Assembly (NCBI GenBank): GCA_963663165.1
Contig: OY760175.1
Location: 1,664,001-1,728,000 of the forward strand
Origin: an uncultured Desulfospira sp.
GTDB taxonomy: Bacteria > Desulfobacterota > Desulfobacteria > Desulfobacterales > Desulfobacteraceae
Reading direction: 5' to 3'
Length of the DNA stretch: 64,000 nucleotides
Shown here: positions 56,185 to 64,000 of the stretch, one piece after another
Position numbering within the stretch: position 1 is the stretch's first letter
How the letters are laid out: each line of letters opens with the position of its first letter
The notes under the pieces: model-generated
What the model saw: the letters and a program-made list of their open reading frames with translations, nothing else
Database searches by the model: none
Told to the model about the DNA's origin: nothing
Made by a program: the position numbers and the translations under genes

Positions 56185-58224
56185 TTATTTGGCTTCCGTA
56201 TTTTCCAGCACCACGGCGGTCCGGGCCGGCAGGTAAAGGCTAAGATCATTGTGAATGCGGGGCTTTTTCTCAAACAGGGTGAAATGGACCTGGCCGGTTT
56301 TAAGCCGTCCCTGGCCGAAGAACTCGGTTTCGTCACTGTTGAAAACCATCTTGTATTTACCGGGCCGGGGGGCCTCAAACCGGTAGTCTGAAAAGGACCT
56401 TTCAGCGTGAAAGTTGAATACAAACACCAGGTCATGGCGTTCAAAGGCGATGATCCGGTTGGTCTCGTGGATATGGATGAGCCGGGGGGTACAATCGAAA
56501 AACCCTTCCCGTTCCCGGATCAGGGAAACCATCCCCTGGTCAAAGGCCCACAAACAGGAATAGACCAGGTCCTTGTCATAGGCCAGGGACCACTGGCGGC
56601 GGGCATAGTGAAATGAAAATTGATTCCGCTCACTGGGAAAATCAATCCATTCGGGATGGCCGAACTCGTTGCCCATGAAGTTAAGGTACCCGGAACCGGC
56701 ACAGGCAAGGGTAATCAGCCGGATCATTTTATGTAAAGAGGCCGCCCTGAAGGCATAAACGCTTTGGTCACAGGTTCGCATGTCCGTATAGATCCGGTCT
56801 CCCATCAACCGCATGATCAGGGTCTGGTCCCCGACCAGGGCCTGGTCGTGGGACTCGGCATAGCTGATGGTTTTTTCTTCTTTTCTGCGGCAGGTCAGTT
56901 CATACCAAAGAGAACCCAGGTGCCAGTCTTCATCCCTAACTTCCTTGAGCAGCTTGATCCAGTAATCGGCAATGCCCATGGCATACCGGAAATCAAATCC
57001 AACGCCCCCCTCTTTTATAGGGGCGGCAAGGCCGGGATAGCCGCTCACATCTTCGGCAATGGTCACAAATGAAGATTTCAGGTCATGGACCAGGTGATTG
57101 GCGCACCGAAGATAGGACAGGGCGTCTTTGTCCACATCATCCCCGTAATAGGCCGCGTAATTGTTAAAACTTATGCCAAGGCCGTGATCCTCAAACAGCA
57201 TGCTGGTGACCCCGTCAAACCGGAACCCATCCACGTGGAATTCTTCGATCCAGTACCGCAGGCAGGACAGTAAAAACCGGGCCACCTCGGGCTTACCGTA
57301 ATCAAAACACTTTGAATCCCACTGCCGGTGATGGCCTTTGGGGCCGTCATGGAAAAACTGAAAAGCAGTGCCGTCAAATCTTGACAAGCCCTCCACCTCG
57401 TTGGCCACGGCATGGGACTGGACCATGTCTATAAAAACCGATAGCCCGGCCCCATGGGCGGTATCAATCAGGGATTTTAACTCTTCGGGGGTGCCAAACC
57501 GTGAGGATGGGGCAAAAAAACCAGCCACATGATACCCTATAGAACCATAATAGGGATGTTCCAAAAGGGCCATAATTTGAAGGGTGTTGTACCCTGATGT
57601 CACGATCTTGGGCAGGATATACCGCTCAAACTCGGCAAAGGTCCCTACCCTGCCGTCCTCTAAAGCCATGCCCACGTGGGTTTCGTAGATGAGCAACGGA
57701 TGTTTGGATGGGGTAAAATGGGGGATCTTCCATTCATAGGGATGTTCCGGCTCCCAGACCTGGGCATTGAAAATCAGGGTTTCCGGGTCCTGAACCACCC
57801 GGCGGACCGCCGTGGGGATACGGTCCCCTTCCCCGCCGGGCCAGGATACCTTGAGCCGGAAAAGATCGCCATGATGAAGCATGTTTTTTTCAAACCGGGC
57901 CTCAAAGATCTGATCGTCTTTCTTGGGGACCCTGAACCGTTCCTGCTTTTCCCAGCCCGAAGCCGGACAGACCAGGTGCATGTCACGGGCATGGGGGGCC
58001 CATTCCCGGAACACCCAGCCGTCACTGTCCCGATGGAGGCCAAAGTCCTCGTGATAGTCGGACACATCCATCAAGGACCGGCCAAAGGTTTGAACCAGTT
58101 TTTTCTCATAGGCCAGGGCATGGTCCTGACGACCTGAAATCACAGGCTCAAAAGGAATCAGCAAAGGATCGTTGAACAACCCCTTACCGGAACCGTTGAT
58201 ATCCGGCTGTTTAATCTTAGACAA
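56185..58224 (-). CDS. glgB: 1,4-alpha-glucan branching enzyme (GH13); start uncertain (TTG 58224 or ATG 58251)
   Basis: FREWAP, IYETHVGM, EHPYYGSIGYHV, DGFRFDGVTSM, IAEDVSG, YAESHDQALVGD, YLNFMGNEFGHPEWIDFP. Confidence 0.92.
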   Translation of the reverse strand: MSKIKQPDINGSGKGLFNDPLLIPFEPVISGRQDHALAYEKKLVQTFGRSLMDVSDYHEDFGLHRDSDGWVFREWAPHARDMHLVCPASGWEKQERFRVPKKDDQIFEARFEKNMLHHGDLFRLKVSWPGGEGDRIPTAVRRVVQDPETLIFNAQVWEPEHPYEWKIPHFTPSKHPLLIYETHVGMALEDGRVGTFAEFERYILPKIVTSGYNTLQIMALLEHPYYGSIGYHVAGFFAPSSRFGTPEELKSLIDTAHGAGLSVFIDMVQSHAVANEVEGLSRFDGTAFQFFHDGPKGHHRQWDSKCFDYGKPEVARFLLSCLRYWIEEFHVDGFRFDGVTSMLFEDHGLGISFNNYAAYYGDDVDKDALSYLRCANHLVHDLKSSFVTIAEDVSGYPGLAAPIKEGGVGFDFRYAMGIADYWIKLLKEVRDEDWHLGSLWYELTCRRKEEKTISYAESHDQALVGDQTLIMRLMGDRIYTDMRTCDQSVYAFRAASLHKMIRLITLACAGSGYLNFMGNEFGHPEWIDFPSERNQFSFHYARRQWSLAYDKDLVYSCLWAFDQGMVSLIREREGFFDCTPRLIHIHETNRIIAFERHDLVFVFNFHAERSFSDYRFEAPRPGKYKMVFNSDETEFFGQGRLKTGQVHFTLFEKKPRIHNDLSLYLPARTAVVLENTEAK

Positions 58225-59719
58225 TGAAGGGCCGCTGGAGCATTTTTTCATACAGGTCAATATACCCCTGGGCGCACCGGCTGTGGTTAAACTCAAGAAT
58301 CCCCTCAATCATGATCCGGCGAATCTGGGTCTCTTTAACATCCGGATCCATCCGGGTAAACGCCATGGCCCGGTCAACGGCCCAGAAAAGCCCCTGGCTA
58401 TCATGGACGTTGAACAAAAACCCGTTGCCCGTATCGTGGTCCGTATCCAGGGGATGAACCGTGTCGTGGAGCCCGCCGGTATCATGGACAATGGGCAGAC
58501 TGCCATAGATGGTGCCGATCATCTGAGGCAGGCCGCAGGGTTCAAAGGATGACGGCATGAGAACAAAATCGCTGGCCGCAAAGCCCTGATGGCTCAACCC
58601 CTCGTTAAAACCGCACACGCATACCCGCCGGCCGATACCGTGGAGCCGGACAATATCATGAAAATGTTTCTGGAATTCGCCGCTGGCCACCAACACCACC
58701 TGAAGGTTGGACTCCCAGTACTTGGCCACCATGTCATAAAGGATCCGGGTTAACAGCTGGGGCCCTTTTTGGACCGGGTCCAGGCGGGAAGGCCAGAAAA
58801 ACATGGCCGCGTTCTCATCCTGGTCCAGATCCAGAATTTTCTGCAAAAACAGCTTGTTCTTCTTTTTTTCGTCCCTGTGGTTTTTGGGGCCGAAGGGATA
58901 CCGGATCATTTCATCCACGGCCGGGTTCAGCTCCGGTTCCGGGGCATTTAAAATCCCGGTGGCGCATCCGGCATGGTATTTATGGGTCAGTTCGGCCTTA
59001 AGGCAGGGCTCCACAAAAGGGTGGCGGTTGTCCACGATCTCCTTTAAAAAGGTAGGGCTCACCGTATTGACATAATGGGCCGAAAACACCCCGGAGGTTA
59101 AGAAATCCACCCGGTTCCAGTCCCGGCTTTCCTCATAATTATGGGGGGTTTTCTTAAAAAACAGCCATTGCCAGAACGAGGCGGCATCAATGCCCCGGTC
59201 CTCAATTTCGGCCATGGTGGATGTCATGGTGTGAATATTATGGATGGTAAACAGGCAGGGGATCTCCAGCTGCCTTGCCATGGCCGGGATCAGGCCGGTC
59301 ATCCAGTCGTTGCAGTGAATAATATCCGGGTTGACCCGGGGGATGATATTGTTGATCACCTCCCGCTGAAAGGCCAGGGACGCCTTGAGGTCCTGGTCGG
59401 AATAGCCTGAATACACGTTGTTCAGATAGTAAAAGGCCCGGTCCTGGGCCAGGTGGATCCGGTCTTCATCCAGCTTGGTCCGGATCCGTTCAAGTTTTCT
59501 GTCCCGATTGGCCGACACTTTCCCGTCAAATATGGACCGGTAATCGGGGAGGGCCACATGAACATCGCACTGAAGTTCAAACAGGGCGCTGATCAATGCG
59601 GCAGACACATCGGCCAGCCCCCCGGCCTTGGCCGAATACTGGGAAGAATCATCCATATCCTTGGGAAGATAGGTCACTTCAGGGGTCACGATTAATATTC
59701 TGGGTTTTGTCTGGGGCAT
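58217..59719 (-). CDS. glgA: Glycogen synthase (GT5)
   Basis: KAGGLADV, IHCNDW, FTIHN, SRLDPVQKG, MPSSFEPCGL, TGGLHDTV. Confidence 0.9.
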   Translation of the reverse strand: MPQTKPRILIVTPEVTYLPKDMDDSSQYSAKAGGLADVSAALISALFELQCDVHVALPDYRSIFDGKVSANRDRKLERIRTKLDEDRIHLAQDRAFYYLNNVYSGYSDQDLKASLAFQREVINNIIPRVNPDIIHCNDWMTGLIPAMARQLEIPCLFTIHNIHTMTSTMAEIEDRGIDAASFWQWLFFKKTPHNYEESRDWNRVDFLTSGVFSAHYVNTVSPTFLKEIVDNRHPFVEPCLKAELTHKYHAGCATGILNAPEPELNPAVDEMIRYPFGPKNHRDEKKKNKLFLQKILDLDQDENAAMFFWPSRLDPVQKGPQLLTRILYDMVAKYWESNLQVVLVASGEFQKHFHDIVRLHGIGRRVCVCGFNEGLSHQGFAASDFVLMPSSFEPCGLPQMIGTIYGSLPIVHDTGGLHDTVHPLDTDHDTGNGFLFNVHDSQGLFWAVDRAMAFTRMDPDVKETQIRRIMIEGILEFNHSRCAQGYIDLYEKMLQRPFIV

Positions 59720-59728
59720 AGCTTATCA

Positions 59729-59898
59729 AGAAACTGGAAACAAGAAACAAGAAACAAGATTTTTGAATATCCTGTCTTCTTGTCTTCCGCTATTTGTTCC
59801 CCGTCTCCTGTCTCCTATTTTTTTCCAATCTTCTGTCTCTTGCTTCTTATCTCTTGTCTCTCGCCTCTTGTTTCTTGTTTCTTGTCTCTTGTCTCTTG
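59729..59898. repeat. Long inverted AAGAAAC/TCTTGTC heptamer array inside the glycogen operon
   Basis: (AAGAAAC)n then more than ten degenerate TCTTGT(C/T) units fill the glgP-glgA spacer. Confidence 0.8.
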
Positions 59899-62454
59899 CT
59901 AGTCTTCCGCCCAGGTCATCAGCCCGGGCGTGTTGGCCAGCACCTCATCCCCCTCGGGGACCACCCTTGCCGTATACCCGAACCTTCCGGAATCCAGGCA
60001 GGGGATGGTGCAGCTGTACAGGTACGTCCCCTCTGACAGGGTTTGCACAAGTTCCATGGATTCAGACCGGGCACCGGCCAGAACGTTGGAACCGGTAACC
60101 CGGCCATGGTAAATCTCAACCTTTACCTCACCGGGTGCAAGCTGTCCTAAGGCAACTTCCACACTGATCTTGAAATGGTCCCCTACCTTGAAATTTTCAC
60201 CGGAATCCAATTTTGGCCGGGACAATTTGATATCCCCCCACAGGGCCGTAAGTCTTGCCTGAACCCTGGCTAGTTCCCCGGCTTTTTTTGCGTTGTCCTG
60301 GGTCAGGCGCCGAAAATAGGTTGAGGCCGGCACATAAAACCGGACCGCGTAATCCCTGACCATCCGGTCGCTGGAAAACTCGCTGATGGCCATTTTCATG
60401 GACTCTTTCATCATGGTGATCCACCGCAAGGGCGGGTTTCCCCTGGTCCGTTCATAATACGTCGGGATCACATCATTTTCAAGGATATTGTACAATGTTT
60501 GGCTTTCCATATCGTCCTGGTAGACCGGGTCATCAAAAATATTCCCGTTTCCAATATTCCAGCCCCGGTCCCCCCGGTACCCTTCGCACCACCACCCGTC
60601 AAGGATGGACAGGTTAAGGGCCCCGTTGGCCGCAGCCTTCATGCCCGATGTCCCGCAGGCCTCCATGGGGCGCCGGGGGGTATTGAGCCAGACATCGCAG
60701 CCCTGGACCATGTACCGGGCAATATTAATGTCATAATTTTCAATAAACGCCACCCGGTGCCGGACATCGTGCCGATTGGCAAATTCCACGATCTGCTGGA
60801 TAATGTCTTTGCCTTCGGTATCGTTGGGATGGGCCTTTCCGGCAAAAATAAACTGGACCGGGAACTCATCATTGTTGACCATCCGGGCCAACCGCCTGAT
60901 GTCTGATAAAATCAGGGAAGCCCGCTTATAGGTAGCAAACCGCCGGGCAAAACAGATGGTCAGCACATGGGGGTCTAAGACCCCGGACACTTCGTCGAGC
61001 AGGTTTCTCGGGGCATTTCTGCGTTCATACTGGGTAATGAGCAGTTCCCGGCATTTTCGAATCAGGTTGGACCGGTCCAGTTCATGGACATGCCACAGGT
61101 CTGAATCCTCTATGGTCTCAATCCGCGTGATCAGGCCGGCATCAGACATTCTCTCAGCCCAGTCATGGGCCAGATACCGCTCTAACAAGGCGTTCTTATG
61201 CCGGGACAAATAGGAGCAGACATGGACCCCGTTGGTAATGTGGGAAATGGGGACTTCCTCTTCATACCGGTTGGGCCATAAATGGCGCCACATTTTCCGG
61301 GCCACCTGGCCGTGGAGCCGGCTGACCCCGTTGATGTGGCTGCACATCTTGGCCCCGAGGATGAACATGGAAAATTTATCATCCTTGCCGGCGTTCCGGA
61401 CCTTTCCCCAGGCAAGGATCTCTTCCTCCGAAACCTGGAATTTACCGAGATAAGGGGTGATATAGGGCCGGACCAGGTCGTTCTCAAATTCATCATGGCC
61501 GGCAGCCACCGGGGTATGGGTGGTAAACAGGCTGGTCCGCCGGGCAATCTGAAAGGCCGCATCAAAATCGGTCTTATGCCGGTCCATAACCATTGATATC
61601 CGTTCTAAGCCTGCAAAGGCGCAATGCCCCTCGTTCATGTGGCAAACCGCCGGAAAAATATCCATGGCAATGAGGGCCTTGATCCCGCCGATGCCCAGAA
61701 GAATTTCCTGGGCCACCCGGATCCTGCCGTGGCTGGCATAGAGTCTCGACGTGATATCCCTGATACTCTGGGGATTTTCAGCAAGGTTGGTATCCAGAAG
61801 ATAAAGCTTGATCCGTCCGACCTTTAACAGCCAGATACAGGCGATCATGTCCCCTTCAGGACCGGGGACCCTGATCCGGATCTCTTTGCCTTCCTGGTCC
61901 AGGACCTTTTGAAGGGGCAGTTCAAACACATCGTTAATGGGATAGGTTTCCTGCTGCCAGCCGGTATGGTCCAGGTACTGCTGGAAATACCCTTCCCGGA
62001 ACATCAGTCCCACGGCGGTTAAGGAAAGTCCCAGGGAAGAGGCCGCCTTTAAATGGTCCCCGGCCAGGACCCCCAGGCCCCCGGCAAACAGGGGAAGGGA
62101 TTCGTGAAGCCCGAATTCCATGGAAAAATAGGCAACGGTTTCTTTGGGCTCCAGATCAAATCCCTTGATCCTTACATCTGTGGAAAACATGTACTCAAAC
62201 TTGTTTTTCACCCGGGTCAGATGGCCCAGAAAACTTTCATCCTTTTCCAGCTCTTTAAACCGGCGCTGGGAAATATGGGTTAGAAACACCACCGGGTTTT
62301 TTCCTGATTTTTCCCACCTTGCGGGATCGATGCGGTGAAACAACTCTATGGCTTCATGGTTCCAGCACCACCACAGATTCCTTGCCAGATAATCCAGAAA
62401 TTCGAGAGACTCGGGAATGGCCGGGTAGACCTTATAAATGTTTAAATTTTTCAC
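59899..62454 (-). CDS. glgP: Alpha-glucan (glycogen) phosphorylase
   Basis: NLWWCW, YFSMEFG, GGLGVLAGDHLK, HMNEGH, ARRFATYKR, EACGTSGMK (PLP lysine). Confidence 0.95.
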   Translation of the reverse strand: MKNLNIYKVYPAIPESLEFLDYLARNLWWCWNHEAIELFHRIDPARWEKSGKNPVVFLTHISQRRFKELEKDESFLGHLTRVKNKFEYMFSTDVRIKGFDLEPKETVAYFSMEFGLHESLPLFAGGLGVLAGDHLKAASSLGLSLTAVGLMFREGYFQQYLDHTGWQQETYPINDVFELPLQKVLDQEGKEIRIRVPGPEGDMIACIWLLKVGRIKLYLLDTNLAENPQSIRDITSRLYASHGRIRVAQEILLGIGGIKALIAMDIFPAVCHMNEGHCAFAGLERISMVMDRHKTDFDAAFQIARRTSLFTTHTPVAAGHDEFENDLVRPYITPYLGKFQVSEEEILAWGKVRNAGKDDKFSMFILGAKMCSHINGVSRLHGQVARKMWRHLWPNRYEEEVPISHITNGVHVCSYLSRHKNALLERYLAHDWAERMSDAGLITRIETIEDSDLWHVHELDRSNLIRKCRELLITQYERRNAPRNLLDEVSGVLDPHVLTICFARRFATYKRASLILSDIRRLARMVNNDEFPVQFIFAGKAHPNDTEGKDIIQQIVEFANRHDVRHRVAFIENYDINIARYMVQGCDVWLNTPRRPMEACGTSGMKAAANGALNLSILDGWWCEGYRGDRGWNIGNGNIFDDPVYQDDMESQTLYNILENDVIPTYYERTRGNPPLRWITMMKESMKMAISEFSSDRMVRDYAVRFYVPASTYFRRLTQDNAKKAGELARVQARLTALWGDIKLSRPKLDSGENFKVGDHFKISVEVALGQLAPGEVKVEIYHGRVTGSNVLAGARSESMELVQTLSEGTYLYSCTIPCLDSGRFGYTARVVPEGDEVLANTPGLMTWAED

Positions 62455-62475
62455 CGGATTCGGCTTTGCTCCTGA

Positions 62476-64000
62476 TCAAGACGGTTTAAGTTTATGAATC
62501 ACCCTTGCAAATTCACTGCTGGACCACCCCTGGGCATCACATCCCCTGGGGGTATGGGGAAAATCCCCGTCCAGGATCTCGGGGATGTACCCGGCAGATC
62601 CGGTCCGCATCAAATCTGCCACACTGCCAAGCCAGGCCAGGCAGGTGGCATAGCTCTTCTGGCCGAAGACATGGGCCCAGGCTTCACAAAAGACCGGAAA
62701 GGGCCAGGTCCAGGCCGTGCCGTTGTGATAGGCCGGCTTTCGTTTTGTATCCTCGTCCCCCTGGTAGGTTCCGGCGTAGGGCCGATGGGGGTCGTTTAGC
62801 AACTGGTCATTATAGAAGATATGCAGGCCGGTTTCAAGGGGGCGGTCCGAAAGACTTCGAATGCCGCCGGGCACCAGAAGATCCATGCAGGTTTCAAGGC
62901 AGACACAGGCTTTTTTCGGGTCATCCACCACCCCGAAGGGGATTAGAAACAGCTGGTTGGGCCGCAGGGCATCGTCAGGCCTGGCATTTTGGGCGCCCAC
63001 AGGCCCGTCCCCATGAAGGCAGTCAGAAAAATACCCCTTGTCCTGCAGATAAAACAGATCGTTAACCGATGTCCTGACCTGCCTTGCCCGGTCAGCCCAT
63101 ATGGCTTCATCCGGCCCTGGGATATGGGCAAGAAAGCTTAAGGCATGGTGCCACAGGCCCTGGATCTCCACGGGATACCCCTGCCTGGGGCTGCCGGCCG
63201 GATAGTTGGTGTCCATCCAGGTAAAGTGGGAGGGGCTGTACAACAAAAGGGTGTCGGGATCAGCCTTGACCCCGGTCGGGGTGCCTTCCATCATGGACCC
63301 TGCCATGGAAAAAAGGATCTCCTTAATGGTTCGTTTGGACAGTTTTTCATCCAGGAAAGCCAGACTGCCCTCTTTATCACAAAGCTCTTTGCAGCAGGTG
63401 AAAAACCATAAAGGGGCATCCGAGGTCTCAATGTTGCCGGCGTCTTTTCCCCGAATCATATTGGGCAGGGTGCCCTTGTTTTCAAACCGGCCGAACAGTT
63501 TTAAGACAGCCCGGGCATCTTCAAGCCTTCCAAGCTCAATAAGCCCCCGGCAGAAGATCAGGCTGTCCCGGCCCCAGTCCAGGAACCAGGGGTACCCGGC
63601 AATCACGCTTTTATCCTTGTCCCGGTCTACCAGAAAGGCGTCCATGCTGTCATAAACAGCCTGTTCCAGGGGAAGGGTTTCAGGGAAATCCCCTTTGACC
63701 TTAACCGTTTTTTTAGCTTTTAACTGCTGTTCATTCTCCCCTACCCGGCCCCAGAGACTGACGGTTCCCCCTCCCAGGCATTCGGCGATAAAATACCCCG
63801 GGGAAAACAGGTCCGAATCCGGGTCAAGCCCCCGTTGGGCTTCCAGGGGCCGGTACACCATATAATGCCATTCAGGTTCCGTAAAATATTGGCCCGAAGA
63901 GATATCCAGCCGGAAGGTCTGTCCCCTTGACAGGGAAAAATCAAAACCGGTTTCAAAGGCTAAAACCGCCCGGGGCCAGTCATTTTCCGGCCCGGTAAAG
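62476..64000 (-). CDS. Glycogen debranching enzyme (amylo-alpha-1,6-glucosidase domain), 5' truncated
   Basis: Frame open to the window edge; IAGYPWFLDWGRD, TWMD, LRPNQ, AYHNGTAWTW, PEILDGDFPHTPRGCDAQGWS. Confidence 0.9.
   Translation of the reverse strand, partial: FTGPENDWPRAVLAFETGFDFSLSRGQTFRLDISSGQYFTEPEWHYMVYRPLEAQRGLDPDSDLFSPGYFIAECLGGGTVSLWGRVGENEQQLKAKKTVKVKGDFPETLPLEQAVYDSMDAFLVDRDKDKSVIAGYPWFLDWGRDSLIFCRGLIELGRLEDARAVLKLFGRFENKGTLPNMIRGKDAGNIETSDAPLWFFTCCKELCDKEGSLAFLDEKLSKRTIKEILFSMAGSMMEGTPTGVKADPDTLLLYSPSHFTWMDTNYPAGSPRQGYPVEIQGLWHHALSFLAHIPGPDEAIWADRARQVRTSVNDLFYLQDKGYFSDCLHGDGPVGAQNARPDDALRPNQLFLIPFGVVDDPKKACVCLETCMDLLVPGGIRSLSDRPLETGLHIFYNDQLLNDPHRPYAGTYQGDEDTKRKPAYHNGTAWTWPFPVFCEAWAHVFGQKSYATCLAWLGSVADLMRTGSAGYIPEILDGDFPHTPRGCDAQGWSSSEFARVIHKLKPS

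Noticed and set aside
2854..59898. Short repeat arrays as CRISPR
   Set aside because: Units are 6-8 bp tandem repeats without unique spacers, and no cas genes were seen.
1..64000. tRNA, rRNA, transposase, integrase or prophage genes
   Set aside because: None recognised by eye; tRNAscan-SE and Rfam searches would be needed to exclude small RNAs.

Overview
Bacterial chromosomal window with about 45 genes. Gene content and style suggest an anaerobic deltaproteobacterium, plausibly Desulfobacteraceae (inference, not verified). Left part: end of an MCE/PqiC-type transport operon, signalling genes (SBP-kinase pairs, PAS-GGDEF), hrpB with a probable ATT start, a YcaO-TPR protein, higBA, a three-gene envelope operon, and a DsbA/FrnE-type selenoprotein (UPWC) missed by the ORF track. 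Centre (24.3-48.2 kb): an uncharacterised sigma54-type catabolic operon (FAH hydrolase, 3-hydroxyacyl-CoA dehydrogenase family, TRAP transporter, VOC protein, beta-hydroxyacid dehydrogenase, E1 alpha/beta without E2/E3, archaeal-type GAPDH, ALDH, a PGK with an altered substrate site, a Mo-enzyme remnant and a 1042-aa activator). Next to it is an IclR-type regulon (ADP-forming acyl-CoA synthetase, fused IOR, B3/B4 protein) with two identical operators. Right part: a 7TM-HK-REC-GGDEF protein, GT2, a four-subunit 2-oxoacid:ferredoxin oxidoreductase and a glycogen operon. Intergenic DNA carries many inverted 6-8 bp tandem arrays; four elements share the same asymmetric ends (GAT(C/T)T(C/T)CAAT ... 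TATACAT) around different cargo. No rRNA, tRNA, CRISPR array or transposase was recognised.
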